The position numbers were made by a program, and so were the translations under genes. Below, piece by piece: positions 13,548 to 23,774 of a stretch of 64,000 nucleotides of DNA. Location of the stretch: positions 11,738 to 75,737 of the forward strand of contig JAISCE010000003.1 of assembly GCA_031265765.1 (NCBI GenBank), read 5' to 3'. Source of the stretch: Azoarcus sp. GTDB lineage: Bacteria; Pseudomonadota; Gammaproteobacteria; Burkholderiales; Rhodocyclaceae. Within the stretch, counting starts at the first letter, position 1, and every line of letters begins with the position of its first letter. The notes beneath the pieces are model-generated. The model searched no databases, had not been told where the DNA came from, and was given only the letters and a program-made list of their open reading frames with translations.

Positions 13548-15029
13548 ATGTTGCTCAAACTTGTCGTCGCCTATCTGGTCGTGTCCATCGGTATCGGTCT
13601 TTTTGCCGCGGCGCGGGTGCACAACGCCCGCGATTACATTACCGCCGGACGCCATTTGCCGATGTCGGTGGTACTGGCGATGGTATTCGCCACTTGGTTC
13701 GGCGCCGAAACCGTGCTTGGGAATTCAGGCACCTTTCTCAAGGATGGCGCGAGCGGTCTGATTTCCGATCCGCTCGGCGCGGGCATGTGCCTGATGCTGT
13801 TCGGCCTCGTCTTCGCCCGGCCCCTCTACCGCATGAATCTCCTGACCCTGGGCGATTTTTTCCGCCGCCGCTACAACCGCGGCATCGAACTGGCGTTGTC
13901 GACCTGTATCGTCCTTTCCTACCTCGGCTGGGTGGGGGCGCAGATCGCCGCACTGGGCCTGGTGTTCGATCTGCTCTCGGGCAGCGTGGTCGATCAGCGG
14001 ACAGGAATGGTGATCGGCGCGGCGGTGGTAGTGCTCTACACACTGTTGGGCGGAATGTGGTCGGTAGCGGTCACGACCTTTGTGCAGATGATCGTGATTG
14101 TCCTGGGGCTGCTCTACGTCACCTGGATCGCCAGCGACATGGCGGGCGGCGTCGCCGCGGTCGTGGAGCACGCCACGGCGGCGGGCAAGTTCGATTTGCT
14201 TCGCGGCACGTCGGCGCGCGATATTTTTACCTGGGCGGCGGCTTTCCTCACCATGGCGCTCGGTTCCGTTCCGCAGCAGGATGTTTTCCAGCGAGTCAAT
14301 TCCTCGGGCGACGAGCGGACGGCGGTCTGGGGGACGACGCTGGGCGGTTTTTCCTACATTATCTTTGCCATGGTGCCGATCTACCTTGCCTATACGGCGC
14401 AGATCCTCGACCCGGAGATGGTCGCGCGCGTCTCGACGGACGATACCCAGAGGATCATGCCGGTATTGGTCATGAACCACATGTCTACCGCGACCCAGGT
14501 CATTTTTTTCGGCGCGTTGCTTTCGGTCATCATGAGCACCGCTTCGGGAACGCTGCTCGCCCCGTCGGTGACGTTTTCCGAAAACGTCCTGCGCGGCTTC
14601 TTTCCGCGCATGACCGACTACCAATTCCTGTGGGCCTCGCGCGTTACCGTGATCGGATTTTCCCTGCTCGTCACCTGGTACGCGCTGAACACCGCTGCCA
14701 GCATCCACGAAATGGTCGAACGCGCTTACCGCATCACCCTGGCGGGCGCTTTCGTGCCGCTCGTCGCGGGAATATTCTGGAAGCGCGCCAACAACCTGGG
14801 CGGCGCGCTCGCCGTCGGCCTGGGGCTGGCGACCTGGCTCGCGGGCGAATACCTGATTCACATCGGCATGCTCTCCGATATCCTCCAGCCGCAGGTGTAC
14901 GGCCTCGCGGCGAGCGCGGCGGGCATGATCGTCGGCGTTATCTTCGGCGCGCGCCCGGCGGACGCGCCGCCCTCCGAAGATCCCGGCCGGAGCGCCGTCG
15001 CCGCGAGTCCATGCGGGAGCGAATCATGA
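13548..15029 (+). CDS. Sodium:solute symporter family transporter
   Basis: 493 aa, multi-TM, SSF-like N-terminal region. Its TGA overlaps the ubiU ATG (ATGA). Confidence 0.65.
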   Translation: MLLKLVVAYLVVSIGIGLFAAARVHNARDYITAGRHLPMSVVLAMVFATWFGAETVLGNSGTFLKDGASGLISDPLGAGMCLMLFGLVFARPLYRMNLLTLGDFFRRRYNRGIELALSTCIVLSYLGWVGAQIAALGLVFDLLSGSVVDQRTGMVIGAAVVVLYTLLGGMWSVAVTTFVQMIVIVLGLLYVTWIASDMAGGVAAVVEHATAAGKFDLLRGTSARDIFTWAAAFLTMALGSVPQQDVFQRVNSSGDERTAVWGTTLGGFSYIIFAMVPIYLAYTAQILDPEMVARVSTDDTQRIMPVLVMNHMSTATQVIFFGALLSVIMSTASGTLLAPSVTFSENVLRGFFPRMTDYQFLWASRVTVIGFSLLVTWYALNTAASIHEMVERAYRITLAGAFVPLVAGIFWKRANNLGGALAVGLGLATWLAGEYLIHIGMLSDILQPQVYGLAASAAGMIVGVIFGARPADAPPSEDPGRSAVAASPCGSES

Positions 15030-16039
15030 CCGGCGCGCGCGGACTCGAACTCGTCTGCCCCGCGGGCGGCCTGCCGGCGCTCAAGGCGGCGGTCGACAAC
15101 GGCGCGGACTGCGTCTACTTCGGCTTCAAGGATGCGACCAACGCCCGCAACTTTACCGGACTCAACTTCGATCTTCCCCAAATCCGCGAAGGCATCGCCT
15201 ATGCCCATCGCCATGGCCGCAAGGTGCTGCTCGCGCTCAACACCTATCCGCTCGCCTGCAACCAGGCGGACTGGAACGCCGCCGTGGATCGCGCCGCCGA
15301 TCTGGGCGTCGATGCCGTCATCATGGCCGATCCCGGCTTGATGGCCTACGCCGTCCGCGTTCACCCCGAACTGCGGCTGCACCTGTCGGTACAAGGTTCG
15401 GCGACCAGCCACGAAGCAATCAACTTCTACCGCGAACGCTTCGGCATCCGGCGCGTGGTGTTGCCGCGCGTACTGTCGCTGGCGCAGGTCACGCAACTTG
15501 CGGCCAATACTCCCGTGGAAATCGAGGTATTCGGCTTCGGCGGCCTGTGCGTGATGGTCGAAGGGCGGTGCGCGCTCTCGGCCTACGCCACCGGTAAATC
15601 GCCGAACTGCAACGGCGCTTGTTCGCCGGATGCCTTCGTGCGTTGGGAGCGGACGCCGCAAGGCATGGAAACTCGCCTGAACGGCATCCTCATCGACCGC
15701 TACGCCGACGGCGAGCGCGCGGGCTACCCGACCTTGTGCAAAGGCCGGTTCACGGTCAACGACGAGACTTACTACGCCATCGAAGAACCCGCCAGCCTCA
15801 ACACCCTGGAACTGCTCCCCGATCTCGCCCGCGCGGGGGTGACGGCCATCAAGATCGAAGGACGGCAACGCAACCCGGCCTATGTCGCCCAGGTCGCCAG
15901 GGTGTGGCGCGCCGCTTTGGACGCCTTCGCGCGCGACGGCGAACGCTTCGCCGTGCAGCAAGCATGGATGGCCGAACTCAACAAGATATCCGAAGGCCAG
16001 AGCCACACCCTGGGCGCATACTACCGTCCGTGGAAATGA
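15026..16039 (+). CDS. ubiU: U32-family protein UbiU (O2-independent ubiquinone hydroxylation)
   Basis: Peptidase-U32 fold with an Fe-S Cys cluster (LCVMVEGRC...NCNGAC). About 337 aa, the size of E. coli YhbU. It is the in-frame C-terminal part of a longer spurious ORF. Confidence 0.75.
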   Translation: MTGARGLELVCPAGGLPALKAAVDNGADCVYFGFKDATNARNFTGLNFDLPQIREGIAYAHRHGRKVLLALNTYPLACNQADWNAAVDRAADLGVDAVIMADPGLMAYAVRVHPELRLHLSVQGSATSHEAINFYRERFGIRRVVLPRVLSLAQVTQLAANTPVEIEVFGFGGLCVMVEGRCALSAYATGKSPNCNGACSPDAFVRWERTPQGMETRLNGILIDRYADGERAGYPTLCKGRFTVNDETYYAIEEPASLNTLELLPDLARAGVTAIKIEGRQRNPAYVAQVARVWRAALDAFARDGERFAVQQAWMAELNKISEGQSHTLGAYYRPWK

Positions 16040-16128
16040 ATCAGATCCGCGCCGGCGTCCTCGGAAAAGGGGCGTCCCCCTCCCGGAGCGTCGCCGAAAT
16101 CCCTCGGCAAACCGGAGCCGGTTTGACG

Positions 16129-17595
16129 ATGAAACTCTCCCTCGGCCCGCTGCTTTACTACTGGCCGCGCCAGCGTGTGTTCGATTTCTACGGCGAAGCC
16201 GCTGCCTGCGAAGCCGTCGATATCATCTATCTCGGCGAAACCGTCTGTTCGCGCCGTCACGAATTGCGGCTCGACGACTGGCTCGCGCTTGCCGCCGAAT
16301 TGTGCGGAGCGGGCAAGGAAGTCGTGCTGTCCACCCAGGCATTGATCGAATCGGAATCCGATCTCAAGACCTTGCGCCGCGTCATCGACGAAAAGAATTT
16401 CCGTATCGAGGCCAACGACATGGGCGCGGTTCGGCTGCTGGCCGAAGCCGGCCGCCGAAACTGGATCGCCGGGCCGACGCTCAACATCTTCAACCCCGTC
16501 ACGCTTGCCCTCCTCGTCGATGAAGGCGCCAGCCGTTGGGTCGTTCCGCCCGAGATGGCCGGAGAGAACGTCGCCGGTCTGCGCGCCGGGATGCCCGCTC
16601 CCATCGAAACCGAAATCTTCGCCCATGGCCGCCTGCCGCTGGCCTACTCCGCGCGCTGCTTTACCGCCCGGCACTACAACCTGCAAAAAGACGCCTGCGA
16701 ATTCCGTTGTCTGCGCGACGGCGACGGCATCCTGCTGCGCACGCGCGAAGGCGAACCCTTCCTGACGCTCAACGGCATCCAGATCCAATCGGCGAGGGTC
16801 TACAACCTGCTCGCCGACCTGCCGGAAATCGCCGGTCACGCCGAAATCCTGCGCATCAGCCCGCAAAGCGGGCACACCCTGGAAATCGCGGCGCTTTTTC
16901 GCGCCGCGCTCGACGCGCGCCTCAGTCCGGCAGCCGCCTTTGCCGCTTGCCGGGCGCTGATGCCGGAAGCGCCCTGCAACGGCTTCTGGCATGGCCGGGC
17001 GGGACTCGAATATCTGCCGTCCGGAACTGCCGCGCCCACCGTCTCCGCGCCTGCGCCCGCCGTTTCGCCGCCCGTTTTGCCCGCCGCGCCCATGCCCGCG
17101 ATCCCGTCCCTGATCCGCTTGCTGCCTGCCGGGGTGCGCGACCGCATCGCGCAAAAGTTGCGGCGCGCGCGCCTTCCCGCGTTCACCGTGCCCGCGCCGC
17201 TTGCCCGGCTCAACGCGAGGCTGCCTCAACTTCCGGCCACGCTGGCGCTGACCACGGCGCTCAACCTTGCGCCGGAAGCCCTGTTGCCGCGCGCCGCGCT
17301 CTTGTCCCTCACTGGCCGCCGCCTGCGCGTATGCGTGCTCGATGCCGGGTTCAGCCTCGACTTCACCCTTGGCGCAAATGGGCGTTTCCGCCCCTGCCGC
17401 GCCGCGGCTGCTGCCGACCTGACGATTTCCGCCGCGCTGCGCGATTTTCTCGCGCTCGCCCTGCGTGAAGAAGACGCCGATACCCTTTTCTTTGGCCGCC
17501 GTCTGCATATGGAAGGCGATACCGGACTCGGCGTGCTGGTCAAGAACACACTCAACGCCGTCGACTGGAACAGCATTTTCGCCGCCCAGGCTTGA
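16129..17595 (+). CDS. ubiV: U32-family protein UbiV with a C-terminal Ala/Pro linker and an SCP2-like (UbiT-like) domain
   Basis: YhbV-like N-terminal ~290 aa, then linker [20 protein letters not shown], then a ~160-aa domain ending [26 protein letters not shown] (SCP2 signature). RBS GGAG 11 nt upstream. Confidence 0.6.
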   Translation: MKLSLGPLLYYWPRQRVFDFYGEAAACEAVDIIYLGETVCSRRHELRLDDWLALAAELCGAGKEVVLSTQALIESESDLKTLRRVIDEKNFRIEANDMGAVRLLAEAGRRNWIAGPTLNIFNPVTLALLVDEGASRWVVPPEMAGENVAGLRAGMPAPIETEIFAHGRLPLAYSARCFTARHYNLQKDACEFRCLRDGDGILLRTREGEPFLTLNGIQIQSARVYNLLADLPEIAGHAEILRISPQSGHTLEIAALFRAALDARLSPAAAFAACRALMPEAPCNGFWHGRAGLEYLPSGTAAPTVSAPAPAVSPPVLPAAPMPAIPSLIRLLPAGVRDRIAQKLRRARLPAFTVPAPLARLNARLPQLPATLALTTALNLAPEALLPRAALLSLTGRRLRVCVLDAGFSLDFTLGANGRFRPCRAAAAADLTISAALRDFLALALREEDADTLFFGRRLHMEGDTGLGVLVKNTLNAVDWNSIFAAQA

Positions 17596-17649
17596 GTTCT
17601 CCATAAATATCCGGCGGCGGCCAGCGGGTGGAAAAGCGCCAAGCGCGCT

Positions 17650-17886
17650 ACTGAACCCTATTGCCATGCGCACGCCATCAAATGACATGATGAAATCGCC
17701 AAGCGATAAAACCATAGCCATGTACGCTTCACCGGATTTACCCATGAGTTTGAGAAAAACCTGCTGCTTTTGCAGGTTTTTGTCGCTTCTGGCGAATGCA
17801 TCGGCCATCTTGAGCATGATTTGCTCAGTATCCATTTTTTTCAGATCGGCAACGGACAGACCGATGCCCTTGAATGCCTTAGTCAT
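17650..17886 (-). pseudogene. Phage tail tape-measure protein N-terminal fragment
   Basis: MTKAFKGIGLSVADLKKMDTEQ...QVFLKLMGKSGEAYMAMV resembles the conserved TMP N-terminus (..AMELFGKSG..). The frame then runs into GC-rich antisense of ubiV and is not a genuine continuation. Confidence 0.3.
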
Positions 17887-17999
17887 TTATTTGTTGCCGC
17901 TGATTGCGCCGCTTTGTGCGCGCTTCAGCTTGGAGATACCAGAAGCGTGCCGAGAAATGGATACACTAGTCTTACTATGTCACAAAAGTAGTATTTTGT

Positions 18000-18299
18000 T
18001 TATTCGTCCGCAGCAGGGACACAGCGGGATGCGAAGGAGTAGTACCACTCATTGGATTTGTCATCGATGTCACGCCCGCTTTCCGTCCGTAACTGCTCAT
18101 AGCGCCGGATCATCATCCCTACCGTGACACCGCCAGGATCGTACCCCTGTGCCCCGTCCGCAATGGCCGCCTCCGTTCGCTGTGCCCATGCAACCGCCGC
18201 CGCTTTCGTCGGGAACGTTTTGCAGATAGACTTCGTCCCGCGCCGCCGTACTTGGACACGCCACTTGTCGCCGATTTTGAGTATTGATGCTATGAACAT
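18000..18299 (-). pseudogene. Tyrosine integrase N-terminal (arm/AP2-like DNA-binding) fragment; catalytic domain absent
   Basis: KIGDKWRVQVRRRG...KTFPTKAAAVAWAQRTEAAI motif. The ORF stops after ~100 aa. Confidence 0.4.
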
Positions 18300-18447
18300 T
18301 TTCGCTGTAGCAAGAATGGTAGCAACGAAATGTGAGACAGCGTGCGGCAGAATGATGGAACGTGAAGCGAGCAATGTCGAAAACCCGCGTCAATCCAGGG
18401 AATCAGGCGGTTTCCTTACCTATTGCCAAGCACTATAAACCCCCTAT

Positions 18448-18522
18448 CTCCCCGTAGTTCAATGGATAGAACGAGCGCCTCCTAAGCGCTAGATACAGGT
18501 TCGATTCCTGTCGGGGGGACCA
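18448..18522 (+). tRNA. tRNA-Arg (anticodon CCT), unusual C1-G72 / U2-G71 acceptor
   Basis: Hand-folded: acceptor CTCCCCG/CGGGGGG, D-arm GTTC-AATGGATA-GAAC, anticodon stem-loop AGCGC-CTCCTAA-GCGCT, T-arm ACAGG-TTCGATT-CCTGT, discriminator A, CCA. Confidence 0.75.
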
Positions 18523-18634
18523 GCGCACTGTTCGATACCGTCCGATCAAGGCCGAAACATCCAAGGAAATCAAGGATTCCCGCCCGCAATTCGTCGAGCG
18601 ATCTACACGACCGATGCCATTGATGAGAGACGAC

Positions 18635-20035
18635 ATGACCTCGACTGTCCGCACCCGCTTCGCTCCGAGTCCGACCGGCTATCTGCACATCGGCGGCGCG
18701 CGTACCGCGCTGTTTTCATGGGCCTATGCCCGCCATTGCGGCGGCAAGTTCATCTTGCGCATCGAAGATACCGATCTCGCCCGCTCCACGCCGGAAGCGG
18801 TGCAGGCCATCCTCGACGGCATGGCCTGGCTCGGACTCGACCACGATGAAGGGCCGTTCTACCAGACGCGGCGCATGGATCGCTATAAAGAAGTCATCCA
18901 GCAAATGCTCGCCGACGGCACGGCCTACCGCTGCTACACCTCGAAGGAAGAACTTGATGCCCTGCGCGCGGCGCAGGAAGCGAGAAAGGAAAAGCCGCGC
19001 TATGATGGGCGCTGGCGGCCCGAACCCGATAAGACGCTGCTGCCCGCGCCCGCGGGGATCGCGCCGGTCTTGCGGTTCAAGAACCCGAAGGATGGCGCGG
19101 TTGCCTGGGACGACATCGTAAAAGGGCGCATCGAGATTGCCAACGCCGAACTCGACGACTTCATCATCGCCCGCGCCGACGGCACGCCGACCTACAATTT
19201 CTGCGTCGTTGTCGACGACTGGGACATGGGCATTACACATGTCATCCGCGGCGACGATCACGTTAACAACACTCCGCGCCAGATCAACGTTCTTGCGGCG
19301 CTGGGCGCGGCCATTCCGCGGTACGCCCATCTTTCGATGATCCTCGGCGACGATGGCGCGAAGCTCTCCAAGCGCCATGGCGCGGTGAGCGTCATGCAAT
19401 ACCGGGACGCGGGCTATCTGCCGGGAGCGGTCATCAATTATCTTGCCCGGCTCGGCTGGAGCCACGGCGATGACGAACTATTCAGCCGTGAGCGTTTCGT
19501 CGAATGGTTCGACCTCGACCGCATCACCTCCTCGGCGGCGCAATTCAACACCGGCAAACTGGACTGGCTCAACGCCCAATACATCAAGGCCGCCGGCGAC
19601 GGCGTCCTCGCGCGGGAGGCGGGCGAACGCCTTGGCGTACTGGGCATCGATACTGCGGGCGGCCCCGGACTCGACGCGGTTGCGGCGCTCTACAAAGAAC
19701 GCGTGAACAACCTCAACCAACTGGCCGAAGCCCTCGCGCCGTTTTATCGGGCGCCCGCCATTCCCCCGGCGCTCGCCGAAAAACATCTCGACGCTCCGGC
19801 ACGCGCGATGCTGGCCTCGCTCGGCGACCGGTTGGAGAAACTCCCGGACTGGGAAAAAGACGCCATCAGCCAAGCGATCAAGGAAACCCTCAAAGAACAT
19901 GACCTGAAAATGCCGCGTTTGGCGATCCCGCTACGGGTCGTCCTGTTCGGTGTGGAGCACACCCCCTCCATCGACGCCGTCCTGGCCGTGCTCGGGCGCG
20001 GCCAGACCTTGCAAAGATTGGCGGGGCTGCGCTGA
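18635..20035 (+). CDS. gltX: Glutamate--tRNA ligase
   Basis: [19 protein letters not shown] (HIGH) and KLSKRHG (KMSKS) motifs. Confidence 0.9.
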   Translation: MTSTVRTRFAPSPTGYLHIGGARTALFSWAYARHCGGKFILRIEDTDLARSTPEAVQAILDGMAWLGLDHDEGPFYQTRRMDRYKEVIQQMLADGTAYRCYTSKEELDALRAAQEARKEKPRYDGRWRPEPDKTLLPAPAGIAPVLRFKNPKDGAVAWDDIVKGRIEIANAELDDFIIARADGTPTYNFCVVVDDWDMGITHVIRGDDHVNNTPRQINVLAALGAAIPRYAHLSMILGDDGAKLSKRHGAVSVMQYRDAGYLPGAVINYLARLGWSHGDDELFSRERFVEWFDLDRITSSAAQFNTGKLDWLNAQYIKAAGDGVLAREAGERLGVLGIDTAGGPGLDAVAALYKERVNNLNQLAEALAPFYRAPAIPPALAEKHLDAPARAMLASLGDRLEKLPDWEKDAISQAIKETLKEHDLKMPRLAIPLRVVLFGVEHTPSIDAVLAVLGRGQTLQRLAGLR

Positions 20036-21400
20036 AGCGTCAGCTTCGTTTGTTGCTGTCTTCTGGGCAATGTTGCGCTGCCATGCAGGATCGTAAAGCA
20101 CGCTGCAATTGCGGCCCGCCGCCTTGGCCGCATAGAGTGCCTCGTCCGCGCGGCGCAGCGGCTCCTCGGCGCCCACATCTGTCGAGAGCAACTCGGTAAT
20201 TCCGATACTGACCGTGACGCGCATCAGCGTATTGCCGATCCTGGTCGGACTCGTCTCGAAAGTCCGCCGCAGCCGTTCCGCGACTTCACGCGCCCCATAG
20301 ATACCGTCGCCGGGTAAGAGAATGGCGAACTCCTCCCCGCCTATGCGGCCGATGACATCGCTTCGGCGCATGGTCTGCTGGGCGGTGTGCACAAAATGAT
20401 TGAGTACCGCGTCTCCCGCCGCGTGCCCGTGGTCATCATTGACGCACTTGAAAAAATCGAGATCCGTCATCAATAGCGAAACAAAACCGCCATGGCGGCG
20501 CTGCCGCGCCAGTTCCGTTTCCAACTGATCGAAAAAATGCCTGCGATTGCTGGCGCCGGTCAGAGAATCCGTCGTTGCCAGCCGCAATAACGCTTCTTGC
20601 CGATTGCGCTGTTCGGTCGTATCGCAAAATATCACTATCGCGCCCGTCTTTTGCCCCCGTTCGTAAATCGGCGTGACCCTCATTCGCGCCGGGAAAAAAC
20701 TGCCGTTTCGCCGAAACAGCCACACTTCACTCTGGTGTACCTCGCCATCGTCCAGCGTTTGCGTGAGCGGGCAATTCGCAGCTGGATGTACACGGCCATC
20801 CGGATAATGATGATGAAAAAGATCGTGCAGGTTTTTGCCCATCGCTTCTTCGAGTGCGCAGCCGTGCATGGTGAGTGCGGCGCGATTCATTGAAGTAATG
20901 TTTCCGTTGTTATCGACGCTGCAAATGCCATCGGTCGTCGTATTCAGGAGCAGGGTGTTATGCTGCAAAACCTTTCCGGCCTCGGCGACGCTCAATGCCA
21001 GACGGCGCTTCCACTGGCGGCGCGACAGGCGCAGTAAAAACAAAATACACAACAACGCCACGAAATAACTGGCCGTAAAAGCGTAGACGGTCGTTGCAAG
21101 AACAGCTTTGCGGTTTTCGTTGAGCATGTGCTGCATTTCGGTATTGATATAGATATTGTGCTGTAATACCCGTTCATGCCGCTCGGGCACCGCATTCCTG
21201 GCGATGCGGGCATCGTGAAGCAGGCTGGCGTTGGCGAGCGCAGTATCGAAATGCCAGTCGATCTGCCGGGATAAGCAATACCCCGTAACTGAGAAAATCA
21301 CGGCGAGCGCGATACCGGTTAGCAAGACCATAAGCCTGTTGGGCATTGTGTTATTCGTCTCCGTTATGGGGGAGGTACCCGTATTGTATGAAAAACACAT
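19931..21400 (-). CDS. Membrane-anchored PAS-GGDEF diguanylate cyclase
   Basis: N-terminal TM segments, a PAS-like region, and a GGEEF active site ([11 protein letters not shown]). Alternative start at 21346. The 3' end overlaps gltX by ~105 nt on the opposite strand. Confidence 0.75.
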   Translation of the reverse strand: MCFSYNTGTSPITETNNTMPNRLMVLLTGIALAVIFSVTGYCLSRQIDWHFDTALANASLLHDARIARNAVPERHERVLQHNIYINTEMQHMLNENRKAVLATTVYAFTASYFVALLCILFLLRLSRRQWKRRLALSVAEAGKVLQHNTLLLNTTTDGICSVDNNGNITSMNRAALTMHGCALEEAMGKNLHDLFHHHYPDGRVHPAANCPLTQTLDDGEVHQSEVWLFRRNGSFFPARMRVTPIYERGQKTGAIVIFCDTTEQRNRQEALLRLATTDSLTGASNRRHFFDQLETELARQRRHGGFVSLLMTDLDFFKCVNDDHGHAAGDAVLNHFVHTAQQTMRRSDVIGRIGGEEFAILLPGDGIYGAREVAERLRRTFETSPTRIGNTLMRVTVSIGITELLSTDVGAEEPLRRADEALYAAKAAGRNCSVLYDPAWQRNIAQKTATNEADASAQPRQSLQGLAAPEHGQDGVDGGGVLHTEQDDP

Positions 21401-21426
21401 GTTGCCCGATGTTGGCTTTCTCGGCG

Positions 21427-22923
21427 TTAATCATCTCCCTTCCCGGCATCCATTGTGATTCCTTCCCTTTTGCCGCGCGGCAAAAACGTCTGGTGTGTCA
21501 GACTTGTATCGAAGGGCAGGGCCGTGGCCTCCTCGTCGCATTCAACCCGATGCAAGCTTTGCGCCAGCGCCGGATAGACGGTTTGCAAATCCGGTTGCAG
21601 CTCGATGGCTTCTTTCAGGTAGACGGTGGCGATCTCGGGGTGTCCGGTTTTTAGCATTTCTTCTCCAAATGCGGCCTTGATGTCGGCGCGTCCAGGTGCG
21701 ACACGATCCGCCTGCGCGATGAAATCGGCTGCTTCCTGCAACAAACCCTGATGGGCGGCGATGAAGCCGAGGTAGGCAAATGGGAGCGGGTTGTTCGGTT
21801 CCCGCGTCATGGCAGCGGAAAGAAATTCGATGGCGGCGGCGTAATCGCCGGCGTTGAATGCCCTGATGCCGTCTTCGATTTCATTGCCGCTTCGGTAGGA
21901 AACGGTATTTCCCGGTCTTGGCGCGAGAAAGACGATTTCATCGGCTTGCGGGCAGGGCGGATAATCGCAGTTTGCCGCCAGCTTTTCTTCGGCTTCGTGC
22001 AAAATCAAATCCAGTACGGCTTGCGCATCGAAGGGATCGATACAGGGATGCAGCACCGATGGAAGAGATGCCCGGCTGCGCAAAAAATCTTCAGGGCGGC
22101 TTAAAACGACGCCGGGAAAAGCCGAAAAGAACTCGCATTGTATCCTTTGCTCTACGGCATTTTCCGAGGGCAAGGCGACGACAGGCGTTCCCATCGCGCT
22201 GGCCTCGATGATGATTCCGGAAAGCCCATTGGCTACAGCGACGCGGGTATCCTGTATGGTATCCCCTGTATGTTGCTGCGCGGGAATGACGTGGACGCCC
22301 CTTGCCCGGAACGCTTCTTCAAATTCCAGATAACCCGGCCAACAGGGAAACTTTATGGCAACGCCTTCATTCAGGATCGGGGAAATTTTTTCGTATGTCC
22401 GATCGATTCCATAACGTCTCACATGGCTCGTGAGATCCGAGAAGAACCAGACACAGTCATGGGATCGTTCGGCAGGCGGCTTCCATGCGTTACGATATGA
22501 AATCCATCCCGCATTGTGGAATTTTGCGGGCTTGGGCTGGTAGCCGAAAAATGGCGTTGGCCACAGCACGAGATCGAATGCCGACAACAATGCGGGTTCA
22601 TTCAAAACCAGAGGCGTGGTTAGGTCATGGGGATAAAAAACAGATAAAACCGGTTTGGCATGGAACAGGATTTCGAGAAAATCGGCCCCGATCTTGATGT
22701 CCGGATAGGCAGATGCCAAATTCTGTGCGTCGCGTGTAAAATGCGCTGAAGTCAGCAGGATGAATGGCGTCGAAAGAAGGCGGGTGAGTTCCTCCTGTCT
22801 GCTCATACCTTCATCCGGCAAGACCAGTACCTCGTGGCCCCGATTGTGCACGGCGTCGGCAAAGTCTGAAAGCAGTATGTTTTCAGAACCATAGCCCCAG
22901 ATGACGAAAATGGGGGATATCAT
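21427..22923 (-). CDS. GT-B fold glycosyltransferase (GT1/MurG-like) with a C-terminal TPR domain
   Basis: C-terminal GT-B motif RVAVANGLSGIIIEASAMGTPVVALP, TPR-like tail. ATGA overlap with the upstream gene. Confidence 0.5.
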   Translation of the reverse strand: MISPIFVIWGYGSENILLSDFADAVHNRGHEVLVLPDEGMSRQEELTRLLSTPFILLTSAHFTRDAQNLASAYPDIKIGADFLEILFHAKPVLSVFYPHDLTTPLVLNEPALLSAFDLVLWPTPFFGYQPKPAKFHNAGWISYRNAWKPPAERSHDCVWFFSDLTSHVRRYGIDRTYEKISPILNEGVAIKFPCWPGYLEFEEAFRARGVHVIPAQQHTGDTIQDTRVAVANGLSGIIIEASAMGTPVVALPSENAVEQRIQCEFFSAFPGVVLSRPEDFLRSRASLPSVLHPCIDPFDAQAVLDLILHEAEEKLAANCDYPPCPQADEIVFLAPRPGNTVSYRSGNEIEDGIRAFNAGDYAAAIEFLSAAMTREPNNPLPFAYLGFIAAHQGLLQEAADFIAQADRVAPGRADIKAAFGEEMLKTGHPEIATVYLKEAIELQPDLQTVYPALAQSLHRVECDEEATALPFDTSLTHQTFLPRGKREGITMDAGKGDD

Positions 22924-23759
22924 GGCGTGCGCTCCGTCGAATTGACGCAATGGAATGAAGCGGAGGGGATTTTCTGGGAAAACAACATCAGGATTGGCGG
23001 CAACGTCGAGACAGTGGCAGGCGATGCATAGACGTAGAAACCCAGGTTCTCATCCCGGCGTGTCACATAGTTTTCTTCCTCCGATTCGGCCAGCCTGGAT
23101 ATTTCGGTAAAACCAGCGTTATGAATCAACAGGCGGACGGTATTCTCACTCCAGTCTTCTGTCCTGATTGAGAGCAGAAGGCTCTTCGCTCGTTCGCAAA
23201 CTTGCTGTATCTGGCTACGACAACGGAGGACAAGGCTGGAAAGCCACGGATCGGGAATCCAGACTATGTCGCATTCGTTGATTACCGTGAAGACGGATTC
23301 CAGATCGCCGGGATGGAGGCTCTCTGCGTAATTCCCGGATTTGTCCCGCGTGATGACCGTAAATGGCCCATTGATGGCGTGCAAGCGTATTTCCAGACTT
23401 TCCTCGAGATCAGTGGCTTCGAGCAGATCCGTATATTCCACACGGTTTGTCGTAAGTACGCACAGATGCTTGTCTGTCAGGTCAAGACTGCGCAATTGCC
23501 AATAGTGTATATAGGCTGATTGATGCATCAGATAAGATGGCGATAAGTAGAAAGCGTTCTGGATATCACAATGTACCGAAAACAAATGTCCATGTATATC
23601 CTTCGTTTGTTGAGAGATTTGCAATCCGTAAGGAAGCGGCAAGCTTCTGAGTGTCAAGTGTTCGAGTTTTTGCGCAAGTTCGGAATTTTCATGACTCAAT
23701 TCCTGTAAACGCTTCTCCTGCGTCAGCAGCAAGTCGAGAATTTTTTGCAAGATTTCCAT
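22920..23759 (-). CDS. Hypothetical protein (N-terminal coiled coil), low GC
   Basis: 279-aa ORF in an AT-richer islet, no recognisable domain. Translationally coupled to the downstream GT gene. Confidence 0.4.
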   Translation of the reverse strand: MEILQKILDLLLTQEKRLQELSHENSELAQKLEHLTLRSLPLPYGLQISQQTKDIHGHLFSVHCDIQNAFYLSPSYLMHQSAYIHYWQLRSLDLTDKHLCVLTTNRVEYTDLLEATDLEESLEIRLHAINGPFTVITRDKSGNYAESLHPGDLESVFTVINECDIVWIPDPWLSSLVLRCRSQIQQVCERAKSLLLSIRTEDWSENTVRLLIHNAGFTEISRLAESEEENYVTRRDENLGFYVYASPATVSTLPPILMLFSQKIPSASFHCVNSTERTP

Positions 23760-23774
23760 CTGTCCGCACTCTCC

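Larger units (their letters stand above)
17596..18447. mobile_element. Decayed prophage/integrative-element remnant (lower GC) adjacent to tRNA-Arg
   Basis: Abrupt GC drop. Contains a tape-measure N-terminal fragment and an integrase arm-binding fragment, both truncated. Confidence 0.4.

Noticed and set aside
13385-16039. 884-aa plus-strand ORF spanning the SSF transporter region and ubiU
   Set aside because: Only its C-terminal third, from the ATG at 15026, is protein-like (UbiU). The N-terminal two-thirds is an Arg/Gly-rich out-of-frame read-through of the real transporter gene, typical of high-GC DNA.
16021-17886. 621-aa minus-strand ORF antisense to ubiV
   Set aside because: Apart from the first ~80 aa (phage tape-measure fragment in low-GC DNA) the translation is Arg/Gly/Ala-rich antisense of a GC-rich gene, so it is not a genuine CDS.
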